Assembly: GCA_023819315.1 (NCBI GenBank)
Contig: JAMWBQ010000001.1
Span: forward strand, 1-48,534
Reading direction: 5' to 3'
DNA: 48,534 nucleotides
DNA from: Candidatus Omnitrophota bacterium
Lineage (GTDB): Bacteria > Omnitrophota > Gorgyraeia > Duberdicusellales > 4484-171
In this document: positions 22,771 through 30,964 of the stretch, in pieces
Layout of the letters: each line of letters opens with the position of its first letter
Numbering within the stretch: position 1 is the first letter of the stretch
Translations under genes and position numbers: made by a program
Notes under the pieces: model-generated
Databases searched by the model: none
What the model was told of the DNA's origin: nothing
The model's input: only the letters and a program-made list of their open reading frames with translations

Positions 22771-23868
22771 TTAGGTCCTCATAGGTAGGGCAAGATATAA
22801 AAAATCCTTTTTTCTTATTACCGCTGGTTTTTCCACTTCGGTAAATTCCAAATTAACCACTTCATCATCAAGATTCTTTAAAACATCTATAATGTACTGC
22901 GGATTAAACGATATCTTTAAAGATTTTCCTTGATATTCACAAGGTACGATCTCTTTAAATTCTCCCAATTGGGGAGATGTTTTATAAATAATCAATTCAT
23001 TTTTCTTTATATCAAAAATAACACCTTGTGATTGTTGAATAGTAAGTAGAGATGCTCTCTTTAAAGATGAGAGAAAATTAATGCGGTCAATGGTTAATTT
23101 GTTACCTTGAGGAATAGATATGTATTTATCGTACTCAATGAATTCTCCCGCAATTGGTCTAACGATAATTTGAGAATTTTTTAAATCTAATCCTATATTA
23201 TTTTTTTCTTGAAATAAAAATATGTCACTATCTCTGTCTTTGATTAGTTTCTGTATTTCCATTATTGCTCTTATTGGTAAAATAAAACTTATCTTTGTTT
23301 TTAATTCTGATTGCTGAGATGGTAAATTCTTTTTAACAAATGATAACCTTTTTCCATCGGTAGCTACCCCAATGATGTAATCTTCAAAAATTTCAAAAAA
23401 AACACCATTTAATACATAGTTTGATGTTTCTGGTTCTACACTAAAAGATGTAAGTTGTATTATATTATTTAACGCTTGTGGTTCTAATCTAATTAAAAAA
23501 AGTTCTTTACTTAAGTTTACTTGAGGAAAATCATTACTATCTAAAGTATTTAGCTTAAATTCAATATTTTCACAATTTATTAAAAGGTTATTTTCAATTA
23601 ACTCTAAGGTTATATCTTTTTCGGGCAACTCTCTTATTATGGAAATAAATCTTTTCATTGGTATAAGAGTTTTTCCTGGAATTATAATATTAGCTTCAAT
23701 AAATGAGATAATTGTTATATCTAAATCTGTAACTGTAAGTTTTAATTTTTCTTGATAGGTTTCTATTAGAACACTATTTAAAATGGGAAAATTAGGTTTA
23801 GTTGTAGTTGGTCCTAATATTTTACTTAATTCTTCTAATAATACTTTTTGTTTTAATATAACTTTCAT
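22771..23868 (-). CDS. dnaN: DNA polymerase III beta sliding clamp
   Basis: 365-aa ORF directly downstream of dnaA. Its three-domain length and sequence pattern (ILNSVLIE, ATDGKRL, PMR at the C-terminus) fit the beta clamp. Confidence 0.85.
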   Translation of the reverse strand: MKVILKQKVLLEELSKILGPTTTKPNFPILNSVLIETYQEKLKLTVTDLDITIISFIEANIIIPGKTLIPMKRFISIIRELPEKDITLELIENNLLINCENIEFKLNTLDSNDFPQVNLSKELFLIRLEPQALNNIIQLTSFSVEPETSNYVLNGVFFEIFEDYIIGVATDGKRLSFVKKNLPSQQSELKTKISFILPIRAIMEIQKLIKDRDSDIFLFQEKNNIGLDLKNSQIIVRPIAGEFIEYDKYISIPQGNKLTIDRINFLSSLKRASLLTIQQSQGVIFDIKKNELIIYKTSPQLGEFKEIVPCEYQGKSLKISFNPQYIIDVLKNLDDEVVNLEFTEVEKPAVIRKKDFLYLALPMRT

Positions 23869-23948
23869 ATTAGTAATAGTATGTTTTAAAAATTATACTA
23901 TTTTATCAAAAAAATTATTAAAATAAAATAAATTTTAATAAAAATGAT

Positions 23949-25283
23949 TTAGCGTAAACTCTTAATTTCTTGTGTAATGCTGTTAATAATATTTTTAACC
24001 TTAATATCTTTTTTTAAAATTTCTTGTAATTTTTTTGTAGCATAAAGAATAGTGGTATGATGTTTAGCTCCTAAAAAGTTACCAATTTCTGGTAAAGATA
24101 AGTCAGTTAACTCTCTTATTAAGTACATAACCATCTGTCTTGGTAAAATAAGGCTTTTATTTCTTTTATTACTTTTTAAATCAGAAGGAGAAATATTATA
24201 ACTCTCAGCAACTTTTTCTAAAATCATCTCAGGGGTAATCTTTTTGGTAATTTCTTTAACCATATCTTTAAGAATATATTTAGCTAAATCCAAATTTATT
24301 TCTTTATTTTCAATTAAAGAATAGGCAATAATTCTTACCAGAGCACCCTCTAACTCTCTAATGTTGGTGTTAATTTTTTGAGCAATAAAATTTATAACTT
24401 CATCATCTATTTTAATAGGTTCCTTTTCTAATTTTTTCTTTAAAATTGCAACTCTTGTTTCAAAATCAGGGGGTTGAATATCTACCACTAATCCCCAACT
24501 AAATCTTGAAACTAACCTTTCCTCTAACTTAGGTATTTCTCTTGGCGGTCTGTCCGAAGAAATTACTATTTGCTTATGGTCATCGTATAAAACATTAAAA
24601 GTATGGAAAAATTCTTCTTGTATAGCTTCTTTACCGGAAAGGAACTGAATATCATCAATTAAAAGTAAATCTACTTCTCGATATCTTTGTCTAAACTTAT
24701 GAGTACTTCTATTTTGAATAGAAAGGATAAGTTCATTAGTAAAATTTTCTGAGGAGATGTACTTCACTTTTATTTGAGAATTTTTACCTATAATACAATG
24801 GGCGATTGCTTGCATAATATGAGTTTTTCCCAAACCTACTCCTCCGTATATAAATAAAGGATTATAAGCTTTTCCCGGAGCATTAGCTACAGCGTTACTT
24901 GCAGCGTAAGCCATTCTATTAGAAGCACCTATAACAAAATTTTCAAAAGTGAAACGAGGATTAAGTTTTAACGAGTCTAAGGGTTCCTCTTGAAAATTCT
25001 TACCAATACCTTGAACTATTCTATTTGCTCTTTTTTTTAATAAATTAGGATTAACCTCAAACACAATATTTAATTCCTTTGAGGAGAGATCTTTAAAAGC
25101 TTTTTTTATTTGGGGAATATAATTAGATTCCAACCAGTTTTTAAAAAAAATGTCAGGTGTTTCTAAAATAATAGTATTCTCTTGACAATTTTTAAATTGT
25201 AAAGGAGCAATCCAAGTATCAAAAGATATCTTACCCAGGGAATTTTTAAGATACTCTCTACATTTTTGCCACAATTCTTCCAT
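23949..25283 (-). CDS. dnaA: Chromosomal replication initiator protein DnaA
   Basis: 444-aa ORF. It contains Walker A GGVGLGKTH, Walker B LLIDDIQF, and the domain IV DNA-binding motif HTTILYA. Confidence 0.95.
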   Translation of the reverse strand: MEELWQKCREYLKNSLGKISFDTWIAPLQFKNCQENTIILETPDIFFKNWLESNYIPQIKKAFKDLSSKELNIVFEVNPNLLKKRANRIVQGIGKNFQEEPLDSLKLNPRFTFENFVIGASNRMAYAASNAVANAPGKAYNPLFIYGGVGLGKTHIMQAIAHCIIGKNSQIKVKYISSENFTNELILSIQNRSTHKFRQRYREVDLLLIDDIQFLSGKEAIQEEFFHTFNVLYDDHKQIVISSDRPPREIPKLEERLVSRFSWGLVVDIQPPDFETRVAILKKKLEKEPIKIDDEVINFIAQKINTNIRELEGALVRIIAYSLIENKEINLDLAKYILKDMVKEITKKITPEMILEKVAESYNISPSDLKSNKRNKSLILPRQMVMYLIRELTDLSLPEIGNFLGAKHHTTILYATKKLQEILKKDIKVKNIINSITQEIKSLR

Positions 25284-25285
25284 AT

Positions 25286-25314
25286 CAATTCACAAAATTC
25301 ACAAGATATTCACA
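25286..25314 (+). promoter_or_regulatory. Three DnaA-box-like 9-mers in the dnaA leader
   Basis: The 9-mers are CAATTCACA, AAATTCACA and ATATTCACA. The ATTCACAA cores start at 25288, 25297 and 25308, giving spacings of 9 and 11 bp. The first 9-mer begins 3 nt from the dnaA start codon. They resemble the relaxed consensus TTWTNCACA. Confidence 0.45.
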
Positions 25315-25377
25315 AATAAACTTCTCATATAATTTCTTAATTTGTGTTTAACTAAACTTTTTCTATTCATATTTTTA

Positions 25378-25406
25378 ATTATACCTTAATAAAAGAAAGT
25401 TGCCAA
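25378..25406 (-). promoter_or_regulatory. Sigma70-like dnaA promoter
   Basis: On the minus strand, TTGGCA (25406-25401) is followed by a 17-nt spacer and TATAAT (25383-25378). Confidence 0.45.
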
Positions 25407-25414
25407 CAATTTTA

Positions 25415-25442
25415 TTGACACAAGTGAAAACTCTGTTAAAAT
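25415..25442 (+). promoter_or_regulatory. Sigma70-like rpmH promoter
   Basis: TTGACA (25415-25420) is followed by a 16-nt spacer and TAAAAT (25437-25442). The -10 ends only 8 nt before the rpmH ATG. Confidence 0.45.
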
Positions 25443-25450
25443 TATTTTCT

Positions 25451-25588
25451 ATGAAAAAAAATATAAAGACACCCACAAAATTGAAAGGTAAAAGAAAACA
25501 CGGATTTAGAAAACGTATGTCCACCCATAGTGGTAGAAAGATCATTAATCGTAGAAGGAAAAAGGGGAGAAAAAAACTCGCCGTATGA
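25451..25588 (+). CDS. rpmH: 50S ribosomal protein L34
   Basis: A 45-aa product, [45 protein letters not shown], that matches the L34 pattern. The ORF-track TTG start at 25400 would add a non-L34 extension. Confidence 0.85.
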   Translation: MKKNIKTPTKLKGKRKHGFRKRMSTHSGRKIINRRRKKGRKKLAV

Positions 25589-25791
25589 AAAAATTGGCGA
25601 TTTTTCTTATTGGAGTATACCGTGGATTATCTTTTATCTTTCCCCTGAGTTGTAAATTTTATCCCTCTTGTTCTCAATTTGCTGAACAAGCTTTTATTCA
25701 ATACTCATTTTTTATTGCCCTAAGAAAAGTAATAAAAAGATTGGTAAAATGTAATTGGTTCTCTAAAGGAGGAGTAGATTTTCTAAATTAA
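25585..25791 (+). CDS. yidD: Membrane protein insertion efficiency factor YidD
   Basis: 68-aa ORF with the YidD pattern LIGVYR...[15 protein letters not shown]. Its start overlaps the rpmH stop (ATGA). Confidence 0.8.
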   Translation: MKKLAIFLIGVYRGLSFIFPLSCKFYPSCSQFAEQAFIQYSFFIALRKVIKRLVKCNWFSKGGVDFLN

Positions 25792-25793
25792 AA

Positions 25794-27233
25794 ATGGAAA
25801 AAAGAATAATTAATTTTTTTATCGTAACCTTTTTATTTTTAATAACTTACACATATCTTGTCTCAAAATTTTCCCCTCAAAATACCGCTCCTTTTATTCC
25901 TTCTTCCCAAGTTATTAGTAAAGAACCTGTTGAAGAAGATTTAACCACAATTAGCCAATCTTTAGAAAAGATAGAAATTGATAAATTTATCGTAACTGTT
26001 TGTCTTACAGGAGGTTATATAAAAAACGTATTTATTAAAGAATATAATGAAGAACTCAATTTTCAAGATATTGGGTTAATTTTAAGTGATAAAGAGGAAT
26101 TTTCTTTAAAGAGACCTTCTTCTAATGTAATTATTTTAGAAAATGAAGATTTGGGGATTAAAAAAATATGGGAGTTTAATGATTATATAGTAAAAATGAA
26201 AATAAATTCCTCTTCTAATAAGAAAATTTCACTTTTTTCTCTTATTTTATCTTTAGATGGATTAGAACAGAGATATCAAGAAATATTATATAAAGAGAGA
26301 GACAAAAATATTATAAGGACACCACTGGTTAAAATAAAAAAATTGGAAAAAAATAATTTAGAAATATTGGGAGGAAGAGATAGATATTATACATTAGTTC
26401 TATTTAATGGGATATATGATACGGTTATTAACCGTATCAACAAGAAAATTAATTTATCCACACATACAAAAGAAAATGAATGGGTTTTCTATATTGGTCC
26501 ACAACTATCAAAAGAATTAGCCAAATATAATTTAGAAGAAATCATAAATTATGGTTTTTTTCATGATATAGGTATAGTGATTATTAAAATTTTTTATTTT
26601 ATAAATTATTTTGTTAAAAATTGGGGAATAAGTATTGTTTTTCTATCTATAATTATTTATATTATCCTCTTCCCTTTCACTTTTAAAAGCACAAAAGCAA
26701 TGAAAAAAATGCAAGAATTACAACCACTTATAGAGGAAATAAGAGAAAAATATAAAGATTCTCCTCAAAAATTGAATAAAGAAATATTAGAAATGTATAA
26801 AAAAAATAAAATTAATCCTTTAGGAGGCTGCTTACCTCTACTTTTCCAGTTTCCTATACTTTTCGCTATTTATCAAGTATTTTTGCGCTTAATAGAATTA
26901 AAAGGAGTTAAATTCCTATGGATAGAAGATTTAACTCTCCCTGATCGTGCTTTTAAATTACCATTTAATTTACCTTTTCTGGGCAATTATATTAATTTAC
27001 TCCCCCTTATTATTATAGGACTCACGTATTTTCAACAAAAACTTACCACTCCTAAAAATAGCTCACCTGAACAGACATCAATGGGTATTATTTTTATGAT
27101 TTTAATAGGAGTTATTTTTTATAATTTCCCCTCTTGCATCGTAATTTATTGGCTTATTCAGAATTTATTGACGCTAATCTATCAGTATAGAGTATCAAAA
27201 ATAAAAAAATACCCCCTTAGAACCGTATCATGA
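25794..27233 (+). CDS. yidC: Membrane protein insertase YidC
   Basis: 479-aa ORF. It has an N-terminal TM segment, a periplasmic domain and a C-terminal 60-kDa IMP core (KMQELQP, NPLGGCLPLLFQFPILFA). Confidence 0.85.
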   Translation: MEKRIINFFIVTFLFLITYTYLVSKFSPQNTAPFIPSSQVISKEPVEEDLTTISQSLEKIEIDKFIVTVCLTGGYIKNVFIKEYNEELNFQDIGLILSDKEEFSLKRPSSNVIILENEDLGIKKIWEFNDYIVKMKINSSSNKKISLFSLILSLDGLEQRYQEILYKERDKNIIRTPLVKIKKLEKNNLEILGGRDRYYTLVLFNGIYDTVINRINKKINLSTHTKENEWVFYIGPQLSKELAKYNLEEIINYGFFHDIGIVIIKIFYFINYFVKNWGISIVFLSIIIYIILFPFTFKSTKAMKKMQELQPLIEEIREKYKDSPQKLNKEILEMYKKNKINPLGGCLPLLFQFPILFAIYQVFLRLIELKGVKFLWIEDLTLPDRAFKLPFNLPFLGNYINLLPLIIIGLTYFQQKLTTPKNSSPEQTSMGIIFMILIGVIFYNFPSCIVIYWLIQNLLTLIYQYRVSKIKKYPLRTVS

Positions 27234-27242
27234 GCAAATTTC

Positions 27243-27268
27243 TAAAAGTTTTCACGTGAAAACTTTTA
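27243..27268. other. parS centromere-like site 1
   Basis: A perfect 26-bp palindrome, TAAAAGTTTTCACGTGAAAACTTTTA. The central TTTCACGTGAAA is identical to the core of the canonical parS TGTTTCACGTGAAACA. Confidence 0.75.
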
Positions 27269-27399
27269 AAGAAAGCTAATATTTTCAATACTTTTAGGCA
27301 AATATCCATAAAAATTCTAAACAAAATTTAAAATATAGAAATTTAGAATTTATCTTTTCTCCTCTTTTAGGATTTATATAAACCAGTAAGAAATCTTTC

Positions 27400-27428
27400 T
27401 TGACAAAAGAAAACAATTTTTATAAAAT
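27400..27428 (+). promoter_or_regulatory. Sigma70-like parAB promoter
   Basis: TTGACA (27400-27405) is followed by a 17-nt spacer and TAAAAT (27423-27428). parS site 2 begins 7 nt downstream of the -10. Confidence 0.5.
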
Positions 27429-27434
27429 GAAATT

Positions 27435-27450
27435 GTTTTCACGTGAAAAC
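27435..27450. other. parS centromere-like site 2
   Basis: A perfect 16-bp palindrome, GTTTTCACGTGAAAAC. It shares an identical 21-mer (GTTTTCACGTGAAAACTTTTA) with site 1. Confidence 0.75.
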
Positions 27451-27471
27451 TTTTAGAAAAAACTTTATTTT

Positions 27472-28272
27472 ATGAGTAAAATTATTGGTATATGTAATCA
27501 AAAAGGAGGAACAGGTAAGACTACCACGGCGATAAATTTAAGTTCTTATTTAGGTTTAGCGGGTAAAGAAACTCTGCTTGTGGATATAGACCCTCAAGGA
27601 AATGCTACGAGTGGAATAGGAATAGATACATCTAATAATTCTTTTTTCTCTATTTATTCTTTGTTAATGGATGAAACTCATTTTGAGCAGGTTATAATTT
27701 CTACTAATTGGCCACACCTTTCCCTTATACCTTCAGAAATTTCTCTTACAGGAGCAGAGATTGAATTAGTTAATATTACAGAAAGAGAGAAAAAGCTAAA
27801 GTATGTTATAGATGAGCTAAAAGAGCAATATGCTTATATCATAATTGATGCTCCTCCTTCTTTGGGTTTACTTACGATAAATGTGCTTTGTGCTGTAGAT
27901 TCTGTAATTATTCCTATTCAATGTGAGTATTATGCTTTAGAAGGGATGTCTAAATTATTAAATACAATTAAATTAGTAAGAGAAAGATTAAATTCAAATT
28001 TAGAAATAGAAGGGATACTTCTTACTATGGCTGATTTTCGGACAAGATTGACTCTTCAAGTAATTGATGAGGTAAAAAATTTTTTTAAAAATAAAACTTT
28101 TAATACGATAATCCCTCGTAATATAAGATTAGCAGAAGCACCAAGTTTTGGTAAACCAATATTTTTTTACGACCCCTTTTGTGTAGGAGCAAAAGCTTAT
28201 ATGAATTTAGCAGAAGAGATTTTGAAGGAAAAAATTGAAATTTTACTACCCTTACAAGGAGTGCATAGTTAA
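27472..28272 (+). CDS. parA: Chromosome partitioning ATPase ParA/Soj
   Basis: 266-aa ORF with the deviant Walker A NQKGGTGKTTT, IIIDAPPS and the ParA fold pattern. Confidence 0.9.
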   Translation: MSKIIGICNQKGGTGKTTTAINLSSYLGLAGKETLLVDIDPQGNATSGIGIDTSNNSFFSIYSLLMDETHFEQVIISTNWPHLSLIPSEISLTGAEIELVNITEREKKLKYVIDELKEQYAYIIIDAPPSLGLLTINVLCAVDSVIIPIQCEYYALEGMSKLLNTIKLVRERLNSNLEIEGILLTMADFRTRLTLQVIDEVKNFFKNKTFNTIIPRNIRLAEAPSFGKPIFFYDPFCVGAKAYMNLAEEILKEKIEILLPLQGVHS

Positions 28273-28274
28273 TT

Positions 28275-29102
28275 ATGGAAAGAAAAGTGTTAGGTAGAGG
28301 ATTAGAAGCGCTTATACCTAAAAATTTTAAGGAAAGTCCATTTAACCAAGATTATATTTATGCACCTTTAAATAAAATAATATTGGGAAAATACCAACCT
28401 CGCCAAGAGATTGACCAGAAAGAGTTAGAGAAATTAGCCCAATCTATCAAAGAAAAAGGATTTATCCAGCCAATTGTAGTAAGAAAAATAGGAGAGCAAT
28501 TAGAGATAGTAGCTGGTTACAGAAGATATTGCGCAGCTAAATTGTTAGGGATGGAAGATGTTCCTGTAATATTAAGGGAATTAGACGATAAAGACACATT
28601 TATATTAGCTATTCTGGAAAACCTGCAAAGAGAAGATTTAAATCCCATAGAAGAAGCTTTAGCATTTAAAAGATTAATTGATGAGTTTGGTTTCACTTTA
28701 GAGGCTATTGGGAAAGTAGTAAGTAAGGATAAAAGTTGGGTAGCAAATACTTTAAGATTATTGAAATTACCTTCTGATATGCAAGAGGCTATAAGGAAAA
28801 AGATAATTACTCGCACGCAAGCAAGGACATTGCTTTCTTTAAATAATGAGAAAGAGCAAAGGGAACTGTTTCACAAACTTCTTAGAGAAGGACTTTCCGT
28901 AAGAGACTTAGAAAAAAGAGTAAAAAGAATGGGTAAGCCTTCTTTTAGAAAAATAGACCCTTTTGTTTTAGAGATGGAAGAGAAATTTCAGAAAATATTA
29001 GGAAGAAAAGTGAGGATTATCCATAAAAAAAATAAGGGGAAAATAATTATTGAATATTATAGTATAGATGATTTAGAGAGGTTATCTAAAAGAATTCTAT
29101 GA
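28275..29102 (+). CDS. parB: Chromosome partitioning protein ParB/Spo0J
   Basis: 275-aa ORF with the ParB box GFIQPIVVR...IVAGYRRYCAA, an HTH region and the ENLQREDLNPIEEA motif. Confidence 0.9.
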   Translation: MERKVLGRGLEALIPKNFKESPFNQDYIYAPLNKIILGKYQPRQEIDQKELEKLAQSIKEKGFIQPIVVRKIGEQLEIVAGYRRYCAAKLLGMEDVPVILRELDDKDTFILAILENLQREDLNPIEEALAFKRLIDEFGFTLEAIGKVVSKDKSWVANTLRLLKLPSDMQEAIRKKIITRTQARTLLSLNNEKEQRELFHKLLREGLSVRDLEKRVKRMGKPSFRKIDPFVLEMEEKFQKILGRKVRIIHKKNKGKIIIEYYSIDDLERLSKRIL

Positions 29103-29605
29103 GTAACCAGGCTACATTAGTGATTATTAAGCCCGATGGGCTAAAAAAATCTCTTACTGGGAATATATTAACGAGACTCTCTGAGACAAAATTAAAGATA
29201 ATTGCCGCTAAAATAGTCAAAGTTTCTAAAGAATTAGCAGAAAAGCATTATGCTCATTTAAAAGATAAGCCATTTTTTTTAGAACTTATAAAGTATATTA
29301 CCGGTGAGCTTCATCAAGATAACCGTGTAATGGTTTTAATTTATTGGGGAGAGAATGCCATTAGTAAAGTAAAAGATATTGCCGGAGCAACTAATCCTGA
29401 AGAGGCACAGCCTACTACGATTAGGGGAGCTTATGGTAGAATTTTAACCAGTGGTTTATATGAGAATGTTATTCATGCCTCTAGTAGCGAAACTGAGGCA
29501 GAGAGAGAAATAAAATTATGGTTTAATCCTCAGGAAATAGTTTTTCCCCTTTATCCTGTGGAAAAAGTTACTTTAAATAATGTAGAAATGGAAGTTTGGA
29601 AATGA
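29099..29605 (+). CDS. ndk: Nucleoside diphosphate kinase
   Basis: 168-aa ORF containing LVIIKPDG, TIRGAYG and NVIHASSS (the active-site His). It has a C-terminal extension of about 20 aa relative to typical Ndk. Confidence 0.88.
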   Translation: MSNQATLVIIKPDGLKKSLTGNILTRLSETKLKIIAAKIVKVSKELAEKHYAHLKDKPFFLELIKYITGELHQDNRVMVLIYWGENAISKVKDIAGATNPEEAQPTTIRGAYGRILTSGLYENVIHASSSETEAEREIKLWFNPQEIVFPLYPVEKVTLNNVEMEVWK

Positions 29606-30381
29606 AAGGGATGACTTCTTATGCTCAGGTTCAAAAGAAAGCGAAAAGCTTTTTTTTAGAGGTAATTTTGCGTTCACAGAATTCTAAATATTTAGAAATC
29701 ATCACTCGCCAGTTTCCTCCTGGTAAACTTTTATTAGAGGAGTTAATAAAGAACGAAATAAGTAAGAGAATAAACCGAGGCAAAATAGAAATTTATTTTT
29801 CTTTAAAAAGTGTGCCTAAACAAAAGTTAGTAATTAATAATGAACTTTTGTCACAGTATTTTAACCAAATAAGGAAAATAGAGAAAATGCTTCATATTTC
29901 TCATACGAGTATAGTAAACAATCTTTTGCTTTTACCAGGAATTGTTCGTATAGAAGAGGAAGATGTAGATGATACGGTTATATTGTCCGTATTTAAGGAA
30001 GCAGTGGATAAGTTGGTTGCTTCCAAAAAGAAGCAAGGAGAAGCGATAAAGAAGGAGATAATAAAAAATTTAAAGAAGATATCTTCTAATATAGAGAGGA
30101 TAAAAAAGGTAAAATTTCCTCACAATGAAGAAGAGAATGGTAATAAAGATATAGCCGAGGAAATAGCACTTATCTCATTCTATATCAATAAGTTAGAGAA
30201 AACGATATTCTCTAATTCTCAAGGGGTAAAGGGTAAAGAGATTGATTTTTTGACTCAGGAAATTCTGAGAGAACTTAATTCGGCTTCTAGCAAAATAAAA
30301 ATGACTAAGGTAGCCTGGTGGCTGGTAAGAGCGAAGAGTTATTTAGAGCGCATAAGAGAACAGGCGCAAAATATAGAATAA
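29596..30381 (+). CDS. yicC: YicC-family protein
   Basis: 261-aa ORF. The C-terminal GKEIDFLTQEILRELNSASSK...REQAQNIE matches the YicC/DUF1732 signature. It sits in the conserved position upstream of gmk-rpoZ. Confidence 0.8.
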   Translation: MEMKGMTSYAQVQKKAKSFFLEVILRSQNSKYLEIITRQFPPGKLLLEELIKNEISKRINRGKIEIYFSLKSVPKQKLVINNELLSQYFNQIRKIEKMLHISHTSIVNNLLLLPGIVRIEEEDVDDTVILSVFKEAVDKLVASKKKQGEAIKKEIIKNLKKISSNIERIKKVKFPHNEEENGNKDIAEEIALISFYINKLEKTIFSNSQGVKGKEIDFLTQEILRELNSASSKIKMTKVAWWLVRAKSYLERIREQAQNIE

Positions 30382-30962
30382 TGAAGTTATCTAAAATTTT
30401 TATCATTTCCGGACCATCAGGAGCAGGTAAAACCACTCTTTTAAAGAAACTTTTTTTAAGAAAATTTATCAAAAATAATTTTATAAGAACAGTATCTTTT
30501 ATTACCCGCAAAAAGAGAAGAGGAGAAAAGGAGGGAAGCGATTATTTTTTTGTCTCGCGGGAAAAATTTTTAAAATTAAAAGAGAAGAAATTTTTTTTGG
30601 AATATCAGAATATTTTAGGAGATTATTATGGAACGCCAAAATATTTTTTGACAAAAGCAAAAAAATTAGGTAAAAATTTAATATTGTGTATTGATGTAAA
30701 AGGAGGGATGTATTTAAGGAAAATATTAAAAAATAATAAATTAGTTAATATTTTTATAAGTGTACCTTATAAAAATGTTCTTTATGAAAGATTAAAAAAG
30801 AGAGCAGAGAATAAAGAGATTATTAAGAAAAGAATAAATTTAGCAAAAAAAGAATTGCAATTTATCAAAAAATATGATTATTTAATTATAAATGAAAATT
30901 TGAAAGATTCTTTAAAATTTTTAGAAGCAATTCTAATAGCAGAAAGCATAAGGAGAGAATAG
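30381..30962 (+). CDS. gmk: Guanylate kinase
   Basis: The P-loop is ISGPSGAGKTTL. I place the start at the ATG at 30381, which overlaps the yicC stop (TAATG). The ORF-track upstream extension lies inside yicC. Confidence 0.85.
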   Translation: MKLSKIFIISGPSGAGKTTLLKKLFLRKFIKNNFIRTVSFITRKKRRGEKEGSDYFFVSREKFLKLKEKKFFLEYQNILGDYYGTPKYFLTKAKKLGKNLILCIDVKGGMYLRKILKNNKLVNIFISVPYKNVLYERLKKRAENKEIIKKRINLAKKELQFIKKYDYLIINENLKDSLKFLEAILIAESIRRE

Positions 30963-30964
30963 AG

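Noticed and set aside
27312-27351. A 10-bp inverted repeat, AAATTCTAAA-N20-TTTAGAATTT, between the two parS sites, considered as a yidC terminator or an operator.
   Set aside because: The stem is A/T-rich with only one G:C pair and the loop is 20 nt, which makes it very weak as an RNA hairpin. Such repeats arise easily by chance in DNA this AT-rich.
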